Shown: in pieces, positions 11,805 through 24,045 of the stretch | Layout: each line of letters starts with the position of its first letter | Numbering within the stretch: the stretch's first letter is position 1 | DNA from: Parasitella parasitica NRRL 2501 | Taxonomy: Eukaryota; Fungi; Mucoromycota | Assembly: GCA_025201805.1 (NCBI GenBank) | Contig: MU619261.1 | Coordinates: 208,445-272,444, forward strand | Length of the DNA: 64,000 nucleotides | Direction: 5' to 3' | The notes under the pieces: model-generated | What the model saw: the letters and a program-made list of their open reading frames with translations, nothing else | The model's database searches: none | What the model was told of the DNA's origin: nothing | Translations under genes and position numbers: made by a program

Positions 11805-13648
11805 TTATTCAAGAAATCGTTTATGTTTTAGTTCATCAGGAAGATACGTTTGCTCTACGGGTGTGTCATAGTCTGGATTGTATTTGTAGCCCTGACCATA
11901 TCCCAAATTCTATTCCAAGCATAATGGATAAATACACATGAAAAATCATACATCTTATATAAACTACCTTCATCAAATTCGTCGGTGCATTTCGAATGTG
12001 CAAAGGCACGGTAAACGCTGGACTATCCCTGATGGTCTGTTTTACCAAGTTATAAGCCTTGTAGCTTCTGACGCTCTTTTTCGTTTCAGCAAGATGAACA
12101 ACTAGATGTGCCAGTATTGTATCGCATTCTGGCATACCAATCTTTTCACAAGCGTTGTAGGCGGCCATAGCCAGCGGTAAAGCCGTGTTGTCCGCCAACC
12201 CAATATCCTCGCTGGCACATCGAACTAATCTTCTTGCAATGTACAATGGATCCTCGCCTGCAACAAGCATTCTTCCAAGCCAGTACAAGGCTGCATTTGC
12301 ATCGCTTCCTCGAATGCTTTTATGCAAAGCGCTGATAATATCATAATGCTGATCCCCGTTGCGATCATATAACAGATGCGACTTTTGAAATGCTCCCTTT
12401 ACCGTTTCTATCTCCAGCGGGTGCTGCTTCGACGGTAGTAAGCTGACTGCAATCTCTAGCGTATTTAAGGCAGTTCTTGCTGCGCAAAGTTAATTAACAG
12501 CGCCTTGTTGACAACAATGAAGCTTACCATCGCCATCACTATACACAGCTAATTGAGTCAAAGCAGCTTTATCCTTGCTGCTATCCGCCGTACCAACTAT
12601 GCCTCGCCATTTCTCCAGTCCACGAGTCAAAATCGATTCAATCTGGTCTTGGTCCAATCTTTTCAACACAAACACCTTACATCTCGACAAGAGCGCAGAG
12701 TTCACTTTGAAGCTAATAGCGGTGTAAGCGAGCGCAGCAACAAAGAGCACATATATATATATATATATACCTGGGATTTTCTGTCGTCGCACCTATAAGA
12801 TGAATGGTCCCATGCTCCACGTACGGCAAGAACAAATCTTGCTGTGTTTTACTGAACCGGTGGATTTCATCGATGAAAACAATCGTCTTTTGTCCTGTCA
12901 ACATCAACTGTCCCTTGGCATCTTCAAACGCCTTTTTCACATCTGCTGTGCCATGGCTTGTTGCGCTCAATTCCACAAATCGCGATTTTGTCATTTTCGA
13001 GATGATTCGAGCAACCGTGGTTTTGCCACATCCCGGCGGCCCCCAAAGGACCATGGATGGGATACGATCGTTGTCTATTAGCTTTCTCAATATACCTTCT
13101 GGTCCCAGTAGTTCCTCTTGTCCAACAAAGTCTTGCAATGAAATGGGTCGAACACGGGCAGCTAACGGCATAGACTCCAATACTGCGTCTGTTCTTTTGC
13201 GCTTGGCAGGTGATTCGGCTTGCTGCTGTTGTTGCTGTTGAGGAGCTTGGTGGTCTGGTGAACGTTTCAAACCTCCAAAAGTTGGCATAGGCCTGGGTTC
13301 GGATGGCTGCTGTTGTTGCTGTGATTTGGGCGCAAACAATGGTGCCATTCGTACGGGGGTTGAGCTACTAGCAGCTGTTGGCAAAACAGCTTTCTCGCCT
13401 TCCTGCTTGGTCTCGAGTTTTGCAAAGTCATCTGTCTCTTTCTTTTGCGGTACGCTTGATGATGATGATATTGATATTGATGTTGATGTTGATGCAGGGT
13501 CGGGACAATTAGCGTCAATGTGCACATTGATTTTCGAGGCCACAACCCATTGTCCACAAATGGGGCATTGCACTGTCTGTGTGTTTAATTAACTCCTCCT
13601 CTATTATTTTCAAAATATATGAACAATACCTCTGTTGCTATTTGACAT
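11805..13648 (-). CDS. MGS1: Mgs1/WRNIP1 AAA+ ATPase with N-terminal UBZ4 zinc finger
   Basis: QCPICGQ...INVHIDANC (UBZ4), PLAARVRP, WGPPGCGKTT (Walker A), FIDEIHRF (Walker B), GATTENP, HKSIRGSD, SEDIGLAD, GMPEC, VPLHIRNAPT, GYGQGYKY. Multi-exon. Confidence 0.95.
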
Positions 13649-14979
13649 TATTAGGTATATCGTACACTGTGTAAATTGGTAAAGGGATGGGGGTTTTTTT
13701 TTTGTTTTTCTTGGAAGAAACGCGACCACCACCAGCTCAAATTTTTAATTCCAACTTTGAATACATGAGTGACATCTTTGGGAGCAAGGATAGCACAGCA
13801 ACATAAACCAATAGTCCTATAGTGAAAATCTCTTGGGAATAGCTGATCAACACAGCCGTGGTATCTGCAGCCAAAGTATTGGGTTAGTGCATGCATTGCC
13901 AAAGTGTTGGGCACGCGAGAAAGCCATAATAATGATTCTCGCCGACTCTAATGGCGCATCCGTCATGATTTGGAGGTCTTTGTTTAGAACTGCATATATT
14001 TATTTAGCTATTCCAAGATCGAATGAGGGTTTGAACTAGTGTACGTTTCAAAATTGCTTTCATTCATTTGACAGTGCTACAACAATAGGGCCTTGATCTA
14101 GTCATCCTATCAGAGTAGGAATTTTACTATAATGACAGTTACCAGATATATAAAGATTGTCAAACTATTAGGTGTTTCCCACACAAACATTAGAACGATT
14201 TACGCTTGATAACTATCAAATTCAGACTTTATAATTATAAATCTCGCAGCTTAAAGCAAACAGTATAATTACTGCATTTTATTCTGATTAAAACATTGTA
14301 ATCTGATATATCATCTGGGATGGGGGGGATAATTGGGTAAGCCTTGATCCAATCCACAAGATTGGTGGATAAAAGTTTACGAATCACTAATAAGACAAGA
14401 GTAACAGATACGCATAAAAAAGGATAAAATGCTCTTCAAAATGGTAGGTTTGGTGGAAGAACATTCATCAGGATTTAACCCCATTTTCAGGAACAACGAA
14501 GCTATATTTCACAACTCTGCAGCAAGATAAAGATCAGCCATCCAATGGGCACCACTCATGTCTCTATGCCATGTCTAAATAAAGTAATCACAGTATACTA
14601 CGCATTTCTGCTCTTGCTCGCTTAGTATAATACATTACTGCCAAGATTTGAACTATATCCTAAAACAATTTTCACGCGTCAGACGCAAAAAGTTTTCTAT
14701 TTTACTTTCTTTTAAAGTAATAAGAAATTCAGCAAAGTGTTTTCTTAAACTGGTGTTGTCTCAGAGATACAGTTCTCGGCATAGTGTTAGTTCTAATTGT
14801 CTATATTTTGCAATTTTGAACATGTTATATGGGCAATGTTGTAATGTTTCACTGAAAAATCACTACAAAATCGCTGCTTTTTGCTGATGCGTTGAATTGC
14901 CATCTTGCCAGTACTTTGGTAATCGGTAAAAGACCCTCCTTTGCATATGGACAGGGAAGTATGCCATGGCGATTTCAAC

Positions 14980-15209
14980 TGTTATATCCATAACATGCTA
15001 TAGGGCTGGTAGCCAGACCAAGGGGCTAAACCCAATGGATAAAAGGATGATTTTCATCGCATGCTCTACCTAGTAAACCTTAGTTGCAGTCGTACATTTT
15101 GACGTTAGCACATAATGCTGGTTCATATATACACATCCAGAAGATGTATTTCTAATAAAAGCGTAACTCTATGGCAGACTCGTTTAATGATTGATTGACA
15201 TAATATCAG
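14980..15209. repeat. Dispersed repeat family B, copy 1 (~230 bp)
   Basis: Colinear with 45368-45601. Shared strings include caaggggctaaa.ccaatggataaaa, catcgcatgctcta, tagtaaaccttagttgcag and agaagatgtattt. Confidence 0.9.
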
Positions 15210-15673
15210 CAGCTGGGAGACGTGACCTCACTGCAAACTGTTGTATCAATGACCAATTCGGCTGGTTGGGTTGTATGTATTGAGAGTTAATCTTTTGCCA
15301 CGCTGGACACATTTGCCAATCATTAGATGTCGGTAATACGGCGGCCGCAATGTTATAGCATTATGATTTCCGCAACAATCTTCAGAATATTGCAGTTATA
15401 AACCACAGCAAAAACAGCTATTCTTTGCTTTAATTTTTTAGAATATCAAACTCGTGTGTAAATGCAAAACGCTGACTCGCGTATACTATATTGTTTATTT
15501 AGGACCACTTGAAATTGTAATTAGTAGGGGCACAAGGCTAACCAAATCCTGGAATTGTTTCGGTTATTAATGCTGTTTAAATCATTGGTTGGTACAATTT
15601 GAATGCGATAAAAAAAGGCCTGTGATACAGTGCATCATTTCCTTGCATCATTTCCTTTTAACAATATATTACC

Positions 15674-17700
15674 ATGATTGTTGATAACGCTCAACAAACT
15701 TGTAGCAAAGTCATCGAAAAATTACTCGTTTTTTTTTATAATAAAACGAATAGATACTCATGCATTGGTGCCGCTGTTGCTTGCATACTCTTGCAAAGAC
15801 TTTATTCATCCATCGCACTGCCGCCAAGAAATCTCTTGCAATTTCCGCGAATATCCACACTTGCCATCCTCAATTCTTTTAAAAACAAAGAGTCTGTCAC
15901 TAATCGTATCAAAAGACTTGTCAACCCTATTACAGATGCAGGTTACAGTTTTTATATGGTTTGTCAATGTATAATGATTACATGCTTACAAGCATAATCT
16001 CATTTTATTTTTATTTTTATGATACTTGTACGTAGGCAAGATCACCTATTGCATGGAATCTGTTTGTAGCAGATCCTAATGCCGCCAAGATAGTCTTGAT
16101 GAAAACAGGTACTGTAGTCTGATGCAAGTATCAAACAGTGTATATTAATGTATGATGGACAGACGTTTTCCCAAAGACACACAATTTCTTTGGTAAACTT
16201 GGCGATGACACGCCAGTCGCAATACTTTTAGGTAAGGAAAACGTTGCTGTGTCTAATGGAGAAGTATGGAGAAAGCAAAGAAGGGTTCGTGTATTTGTAG
16301 TTTCTATTGATTCCCTGTTGTCTGCATGCTCACATTCCTGTGCATTCGCAACGTAGATTATGAATCCTGCTTTCCATAGATCCCAGCCCATCAAGACATT
16401 TGGCCGAGTCATGCCGTATCTCTTTGCTGCGATCGATCAAGAAAGCGAGCGAACTCTAATTACAAAGCACATCAAAGCTTTTACTCTGGACTCTTTAGGC
16501 TTGGCAGTATTTGGTGAGTTTGTCTGCTAGATTGGACCGCAAAGTACTCACGCTGTTATGTTAGGATTTGACTTTCAATCTTTGCGAGGAGACCCTCAAA
16601 AATGGACAGAGACATACCACATTGTCATGTCTAATATCTTTAACCCTTTATCCAATATCTTTATCAAGTTTAGCTTCATCTTGAGACACGCTTCAGCTAG
16701 GTATAACAGGACCCAACAGGCGACAGCAAGACTTGTATCTATGATGGAAAACCTAGCTGACGAGAAGCGCAAAAGTATCCTTGCGGGAGATATGAAAAAT
16801 CTGACAGATCAAGAGAAGGATTTGCTAACCCTGATGATTGAAGCAGATATTGAGGAGGGCACCAAAACCACAACAACACAACTTAGGGTAACGTTTTTAC
16901 ATGAATTTCCAAATCCTAGCCTCTATTAAAAAGTGACTATAGCAAAACATTGCTCTCTTTTTCTTGGCTGGTCATGACACGACAGCTAATGCAATATCCT
17001 TTTGTTTGTACAATATCGCAAAAAATCCAGGTGTGCAACAAAAGTTGCGCGAGGAAATAACAAGTGTTCTCGGGGACCATCCAGTAGACATTGTCCCCAC
17101 TATGGATGATTTGAAAAAAATGGATTATCTCAACTTGGTTATCAAAGAGGTTTGTATATTCTCGCCATCATCATCATCATAAATGACAACAGCAACTGAC
17201 AAACCATTTTCAGAACCTTCGCAGAAGTGGCCCCGTTGATAGAATTATTTCCAGAGATGCAACAAAAGATTTTGTTATCAATGGAACTCTCATTCCCAAA
17301 GGAACTCAATTGAACATTGATATTGGATCTCTTCATTTTAACCCCAAGCTATGGCAAGATCCCGAAAAGTTTATTCCTGAAAGATTTGCACCCGGTGGTG
17401 AATATGAGAGCCATGAAGGCTTTGCATATCTACCTTTTGGCAATGGAGCCAGGCAATGCATAGGCATGAATTTTAGTTTAACTGAACAGAAGGTAGTGAT
17501 TGCCATGATAAGTAAGTTGATATATATTGTGTCTCAATATATCGTCATATTTACACCCTAGTTTTTGCATTTTTTTTGTAGTGAGAAAATACATAATTGA
17601 AGTACCCAAAGACTCGATCCATTACGACCAAGTTCAGTTCGACATGCCGATGACTATTTCTCCAGAATCACTGGACCTGAAGTTTTCAAAACTCTATTAA
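15674..17700 (+). CDS. Cytochrome P450 monooxygenase (multi-exon)
   Basis: N-terminal membrane anchor, WRKQRR, AGHDTT (I-helix), KE..R, PERF and heme motif FGNGARQCIG. Eight or more short introns. Confidence 0.95.
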
Positions 17701-17872
17701 TTTCTACGTATTTGTGTTAATAAATAACGCAATCTCATATATTCATGCTTAGAGAATGGAATATTTTATTTGATATGAGGAAAGAATTTGTAGAAAAGTG
17801 GCCATGGTAATACCTACAAAGACTGTGGTATTATATGCCAACGAAAAGAGCGTTGCTTGAGGTAAATATGAT

Positions 17873-18436
17873 TTAATCAATAGTAATGCGGCTAGTTTGC
17901 TTGTTTTCAGCCTTGGGAACAACAACTTTGAGGATGCCATTGTTGTAGGAAGCCTTGATGGTGTCAGGTTTGACAGCAATAGGTAATGTAAAAGATCGCA
18001 CAAAGGAGCCCGAGGTGCGCTCTTGAACCAGCCACTTGTGGTCAGCACTGTCGGGCTTACTAACTTGCTTCTCTTCATCCTTCTTGGTGTTGGCAACCTG
18101 ATTCTCACTAGTAGGAGTAGAAGAAGCAACGTCGCTTGCGTCTGTTTCGCTAGACGATGGACTCTCAGTCTTGTACTCCTTTTCAACATTACCACTAATT
18201 ACCAACGTATGGCTGTCAGACAATTCAATCTTGATGTCTTTCTTGTCATAACCAGGAAGTTCAGCATGCAACTCGAAAGCATTAGGGGTTTCGACCATGT
18301 CAGCAGAAGGATACCGAATCGAGTGGGAACGGAAGAAAGGCGCAGATGAAGCATTAAAGAACGGCTGCTCGAAATATGCCATGGCTCGTTGCATATCACG
18401 AACGGCATCAGAGAATAAACGGTTAGAGATGGACAT
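17873..18436 (-). CDS. Small heat-shock protein (HSP20/alpha-crystallin)
   Basis: DMVETPNAFELHAELPG...ERTSGSFVRSFTLP...IKASYNNGILKVVVPK. Intronless. Confidence 0.95.
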   Translation of the reverse strand: MSISNRLFSDAVRDMQRAMAYFEQPFFNASSAPFFRSHSIRYPSADMVETPNAFELHAELPGYDKKDIKIELSDSHTLVISGNVEKEYKTESPSSSETDASDVASSTPTSENQVANTKKDEEKQVSKPDSADHKWLVQERTSGSFVRSFTLPIAVKPDTIKASYNNGILKVVVPKAENKQTSRITID

Positions 18437-18552
18437 TTTTCTTGTTTGATATCACTTTTGAACAGATATATAATGAGAAAAGAAAATCATTGCAGTGTAG
18501 CCATTGTTCTTATATATGTTTTTTTTTTTTTTTTNNNNNNNNNNTATAAGGG

Positions 18553-18567
18553 GGAAACATCTAGAAA
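18553..18567. promoter_or_regulatory. Imperfect heat-shock element upstream of the HSP20 gene
   Basis: gGAAa-cATCt-aGAAa (nGAAn/nTTCn/nGAAn with one mismatch) about 120 bp upstream of the ATG, beyond a TATA-like element. Confidence 0.4.
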
Positions 18568-19493
18568 CTCTTTGCGTGCCGAATAAAGCAAAACGGCGCT
18601 GCATAAACTGTTTGATGTTTGAGCAATTTCAACCGATCTTTTTGATTGTCCAGGTTTAGGTTGGAGTGATCAAAAAGTACCATCATCTTGTATACAATGA
18701 TGCAATTTCTAGCAATTTCCAGTTCTTTGGCCCTGGTGCATTTCAAGTGCTACAGATTGATATAGATCTAAACTATACCACAATGTGTTGCGCATATACA
18801 CAAAAATGCCTCCCTTGATGGGAAAAGCCATTGATCTAGAAGCTTATACAGTCGCTCCCTGTATCATAAAGTTTGGTACAGTCTTAACCTGATAAAACAC
18901 TATATTGATGTGAGAATTGATTTTGCATAACTATTCTACTTTTTTTTTTTTTTTTTTCACGTGAAATGACTTTTTTATGTCGTCTGACAATGAGCTTATT
19001 TTTTTTTTGACAACATTAGTTGCATATTTTGTAGCCTTTGCAAGGAGATCAAGAGCTCTCTCGGCACAAAAGTGCCTACACAAAGCCTCAGCCCGAATCA
19101 TAAAGCGTTCACCAAAAAATTGTCTCTGGTAAAGGAGTATGCAAAAATATCCTGCAAGCAAACCAAATATCGCTGCTTGTGGAATGTCTAAATTCATCCA
19201 AAGGCAAGGAATACGTTTGAATTTCAAAATTTAAACAAGAAATACTGTAGTATTACCACAACCTTTACCCACCATCAGGTCTTTCTTCTGCTAGGCTATG
19301 AAAAAGATTGTACCCGTACAGAGGCATACCATAATAACTGACATGATAGCAAAAATTAGTCCAAAAGGACAGAATGAGGACAATAAGCCACTGTTGATCT
19401 CCGCAACAAGTTCAAATGTCTTGTAAGGGAGGGGTAGCAACCGACCCCAGCGGAGCGCCTGCCTTTCTTCTCACTATATTATAAGAATATCAG

Positions 19494-19730
19494 ATGTCTT
19501 TATTGTCACAGTTTACAAAGGTCGCCTTCCAGCAATTCACAAGACAACAGCAACCAACTTTAGCGACATGGCAACAAGCTGGTAACCCATCTATTTTCAC
19601 CCTTGTCCGTACGATGAAAGTACGCTCTTCAGTCAAAAAAATGTGCGATGGCTGTTCAACAGTTAGAAGACGTGGAAAGCTCTTTGTCACTTGTAACAAG
19701 AATAAGAAGCATAAGCAACGCCAAGGATAA
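19494..19730 (+). CDS. RTC6: Mitochondrial ribosomal protein bL36m
   Basis: Presequence-like N-terminus followed by [38 protein letters not shown]. Confidence 0.95.
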   Translation: MSLLSQFTKVAFQQFTRQQQPTLATWQQAGNPSIFTLVRTMKVRSSVKKMCDGCSTVRRRGKLFVTCNKNKKHKQRQG

Positions 19731-19826
19731 ACAATCCATCCTTTTCTCCCCTGTATAGATATGAATCACCTAATAATAATAGTAATAAAAATCAAAAAAA
19801 AAAAAGCCGTTATAATACAACCCTCT

Positions 19827-22800
19827 CTATTCTAATTTATTATGACATGGTAGGTTGTATTTGACACTTTGCAATCCAACGCCTGTAATAGCAGCATGTA
19901 CTTGACCACTACCATGAAATTCTATATGAGTATTCTGTTTGACAACGGATTCAGGTCAACTTACTTGAATACAACTGCATCTAAAGCAGAAGGATCAGGA
20001 ACATCCAGGTAAACAGCATCACTCATCGAAAGCGATACGCCCTGCTCTTTCAAATCAATGACTTCCCACTTGTTCAGTCTTTGGTCTGTTGACGTGGTAA
20101 ATAGTGATTGATCAATAAACTTGATGCCAGTGACAGAGGATGCATGAGCATAAGGCAGAATAAATGGCTTTCCTACTGGTGTCACGCTGTGGTCGTCTAC
20201 TTTTAATAACGCAGCAGAAACTGCATCGTCTTCTCCACCGGTAAATACAATCATATGCTGCTCATCTACAAAGCACGTCAGTTCCAAAAGCTCAACAGCT
20301 ACAGCAAGTTGTGGGTCAAACCTCTATATTGTACAGCCTCAAGAGCATTCACACCAGACATATGTACACTGTAGTGATACAAGGGCTCCGATAGTCTAAA
20401 TGCTGCCTTTGTAGGCTCAACCTCAAGCTGCTGGTGATTTTTTACTGCCTCTCGTAAATCATGGTCCATGTCCCAAACAGCAACTCTTCCATCGGTGGCA
20501 GATGTTAAAAAGTACATCTTGTCTGCCAGCTTTACATGTATTATTTGGAGAATGCACTTGGCATGCCATGTGCCATCGGCCACCAAGCAAAACTTTCTCG
20601 TCGCCTCATTAAAGAGCCAAAATCGAATTACTGCGTCTGAATACACAGCACCGATGATATGGAGGCCCTTCTTAATATCTACAGCACAAGCGGTAGTATC
20701 CATAATTCGGGATTCAATGTCTACGCTCATCGTGGGACATGTGGCGACTTCAAGACAGTTCAAGTCAACAAGACCTCCTGCGATTTTTGGTGGAGAAGCT
20801 TCGATTTTCCAGCATCTGAATTCTTCCAAACCACCACTGGTAAACAGCAATGTCGATAGCCCTTGGCTGTAATCAATATTTTTGATGACAGTGGTATGCT
20901 TACGAATACTGACATGTGTGTGGAATTTGGAAGGTGCCTCTGGCGCATACTGTTGAATGCGAAGAAGAGTATCCTCACCACCGGTAGCAAACAAAATGGC
21001 ATTAGAAGAAACCAAAGGCAGGAAACGAAGAGCACGTACTTCACGTCCATGATAATTGCCCTGTAAAATGCTCTCGCTGAAATTGTCTGTAACGCTAGAC
21101 GTATCGCGGAAATATGCATACAGTACTTCTTTACGAATAAACGCAAACGCAGATTTGTTCAGTTTGGCATCTTGCGTTGAGAATCCCCATCTTCTATGTC
21201 CTCCACCGCAATTGATAGCTACCGCCATGAAATTCTTTTTTTCGTTAAAGACAAAAAAGTTCTTGCGGAAGAAGCCCATCAACAAGAGTTGGCCGTTTAT
21301 TAGCATAGATCCTTCCAGGGTGCCTTTGGTGATCTTGTTTCGGTACAGCTTCTCCAGCACCAAGTCATTGCTGGTAAATACCGTATCGCCTCGATTAGCA
21401 ACACCCAATTGTGTCTGATCTGGCCGCGTTCTATCGTTTAGTATATTAAGTCTGTATTGCACAAAACAGCCATCGCGACCTGCTGTCCAAAATTCTAGCT
21501 GGTTTCCTTGTTCGCTCGTATCTTTATCTATCATTTCATCCTCGTCGTCTTGGGTATCGTCTCTATCTTGTGCTGGATTTTTTATTAAAACGCTGGTGAT
21601 GGCTTGTTTGCTATGAGATCTGCGCAGTTGCAACGTGGGCTTCAGTGATTGAACAGTATCCTCAGACACCATTGTGTAAAAAGGTACACGATAGATCAAC
21701 AGCGCAGATTCTCTTGAACCACAAAGCAAAATGTTCTTTTCCTCAGAGAAGGCAAGTGACAACAATGTTGTACGTTCAGGGGGCATTTCTAGATTGAAAA
21801 GCGTCCTGATAGTGGGCTTATTCACAGACGACTTAGCATTTGATAATTGTCCTTTGAAAAGCTTACTTACCGTAGATGTCGATAAGTCTAATCTGTGGAA
21901 TAGAACGCTGTCGTTGAACCCGTTTGAAATGACATGGAGAATGTTCTCATCTTAAGAAAGAAGTCAATAGACATTTCTGCTACGTCAAGAAGCAACGTAC
22001 CTGATGATTGCTCAATAAAGATTGTAAACAATTTCTGCTTGTGAGCAGAAATTTTTAAAGGCTGAAAGATATCTGTGGGACTAATAACCACAAGATCGCC
22101 AAAGATATTGCCCACAATGACTACCCTTCCACATTCAGAACTCTTCATAATGGCATAGTTCTTGTAGGAAGAATCATGCTGAATTTCAGTCCACTGATGA
22201 GGAGTAACAGTGCCATCGCATTTCAGGAGATACCCTTCTAAGGTAGCGGCAACAATCCAGCGATTCTTTATCATCACAAAGTTTCTAATGTTGTCCGTTC
22301 CCCTCTCTTCTGGCAGCGGCAAAGCAACCAAGTCGTCTTCAGAGTCAATTTTATTGGCCTTGATGCTTAAAAGCGACCACAATCGAATGCCTGAATCTTG
22401 GCCCCCTGTGGCAACGATTTTATGTTCTGGATTGATTGCGCAACTCCACACATTTTTGCTGGCATGGCCCTCCCAGCATGCAACGCAATCTCCTGTATCT
22501 TCCTCTTTGGCAGGCGTAATTAGCGTATTCCTCCATACACGGCAAGTAGAGTCCTCGGAAATACTCACGAGATATTCGTCTACGAATTGACAATCCCACA
22601 CGCGAGCAGTATGACCGAAAAAAACCAGCGGCTCTACATTGTCTTCTTCTTTCAGCGGCCATACACGAATTGTTCTATCGTCTGAAACGCTGACAATCTG
22701 ACTAGCATCCTCGTTGAACTGTATGCCGAAAATAACACCCTCGTGACCAGTCAACTTTCTATAAACTGGAGCATCTCCCTGTCCTTGCTTTTCAAAGGGT

Positions 22801-23458
22801 TTCCAGAGATGTACCTCGTTGAATACGGTACCTGAAGCCACTATCAATGATTCTGGTGTTGATCCAAAAATGCGCGCCGAGTAGAGGATACACTTGACAT
22901 CACATTGCACATGGTACACCACCTCTTGGGATGCCACATTGAAAATCTCGACGTCGTTATGACCGTACACAAGTGCCATTTGCAAAGTTCCGTTCATCCA
23001 CTGAGCGTCCATGATCCAATCTTTGAATGGCCCATAAGATTGCTCGACATGAATGACTGCATTGTCCCGAGATACGGCGAGCTGAAGGATTGACAAATAT
23101 TTTGATCCGAATACTGCTAATTTTCTGATCTCTACGCCATTGTCGATGCTCGTCTTTGGGGCTATGAGCTTGAATATTAGTCATGTGGTCGTTCAATGTA
23201 CACAATTAGAGTTACCAAATGCAATACGATGAATGCGATTTGCTGGCAGGATGCACTTGCAAGCGAGCAGTTTCCCGGTTTGTACATTATAGACTTTTAA
23301 ATAGGGACCATGACCAACAAGTAGAATGGAATCATTGAAAAAGCTCAAGCTGGTCACAATGCCAGCGTAGATATCCTTTTCCAACACCTTGCAATAGGAC
23401 GGTTAGTGCTGATTTTTGAATAGCATGAAAAAGCATATACTTTGTCTTGAAAAGGCAT
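19827..23458 (-). CDS. TRM734: WD40-repeat protein WDR6/Trm734 (tRNA position-34 2'-O-methylation cofactor), multi-exon
   Basis: CILYSA, VASGTVFNEVHLW, GHEGVIF, SDDRTIRVW, GHTARVW, SISEDSTCRVW, CGGGHRRW, HGREVR, ESRIMD, HMSGVN, HASSVTG. A short first exon MPFQDK was inferred. Confidence 0.9.
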
Positions 23459-24045
23459 CCTGTCGTTCAAACGCTGTCTCTGCTCAAATNNNNNNNNNNN
23501 NNNNAAAAAAAAAAAAAAAAAAAAAAAAAGAAAAGAAAATATCAGAGCTGAAACAGCTCGAGCCATGTAACCATGTAACATTTGTTGCCGTGTGGCTTGC
23601 GGATTAGCTGGTGCCTGTCTCGCTTGCAACAAAGAGAGCATCCACTCATCAACTTGAAGATTGCGTTATTCAATGGGAAATGGGTATGTTGTGCCTGCTG
23701 AAACATTTGCGTTGCTTTTTGTCTGTCTAGCAGCAGTTGCCGATGAAAAAGAAACCTACTTTTCTCTGCTACATGAGTCATCTCTATTTCATAAACAGTT
23801 TCATATGACCAAACTACAAAAGAATGCATGGAGATTCTCGGCCAATAGTTTGAATACTTCACTATGACTCTTTGTTAGCTGTGCGCCCCCATACCGGTAT
23901 AGTCGCTGAATACACATTGATCAAATATGGTACCCGTACTGTTGGACATTGACAGTGCGTGACTAATTTTTCAGCAGACGACGTATAAAAGCAACGAAAG
24001 AAAAAAAAAGTTTTGTTCACCTGTTTCATCTATCCACAACACTCG

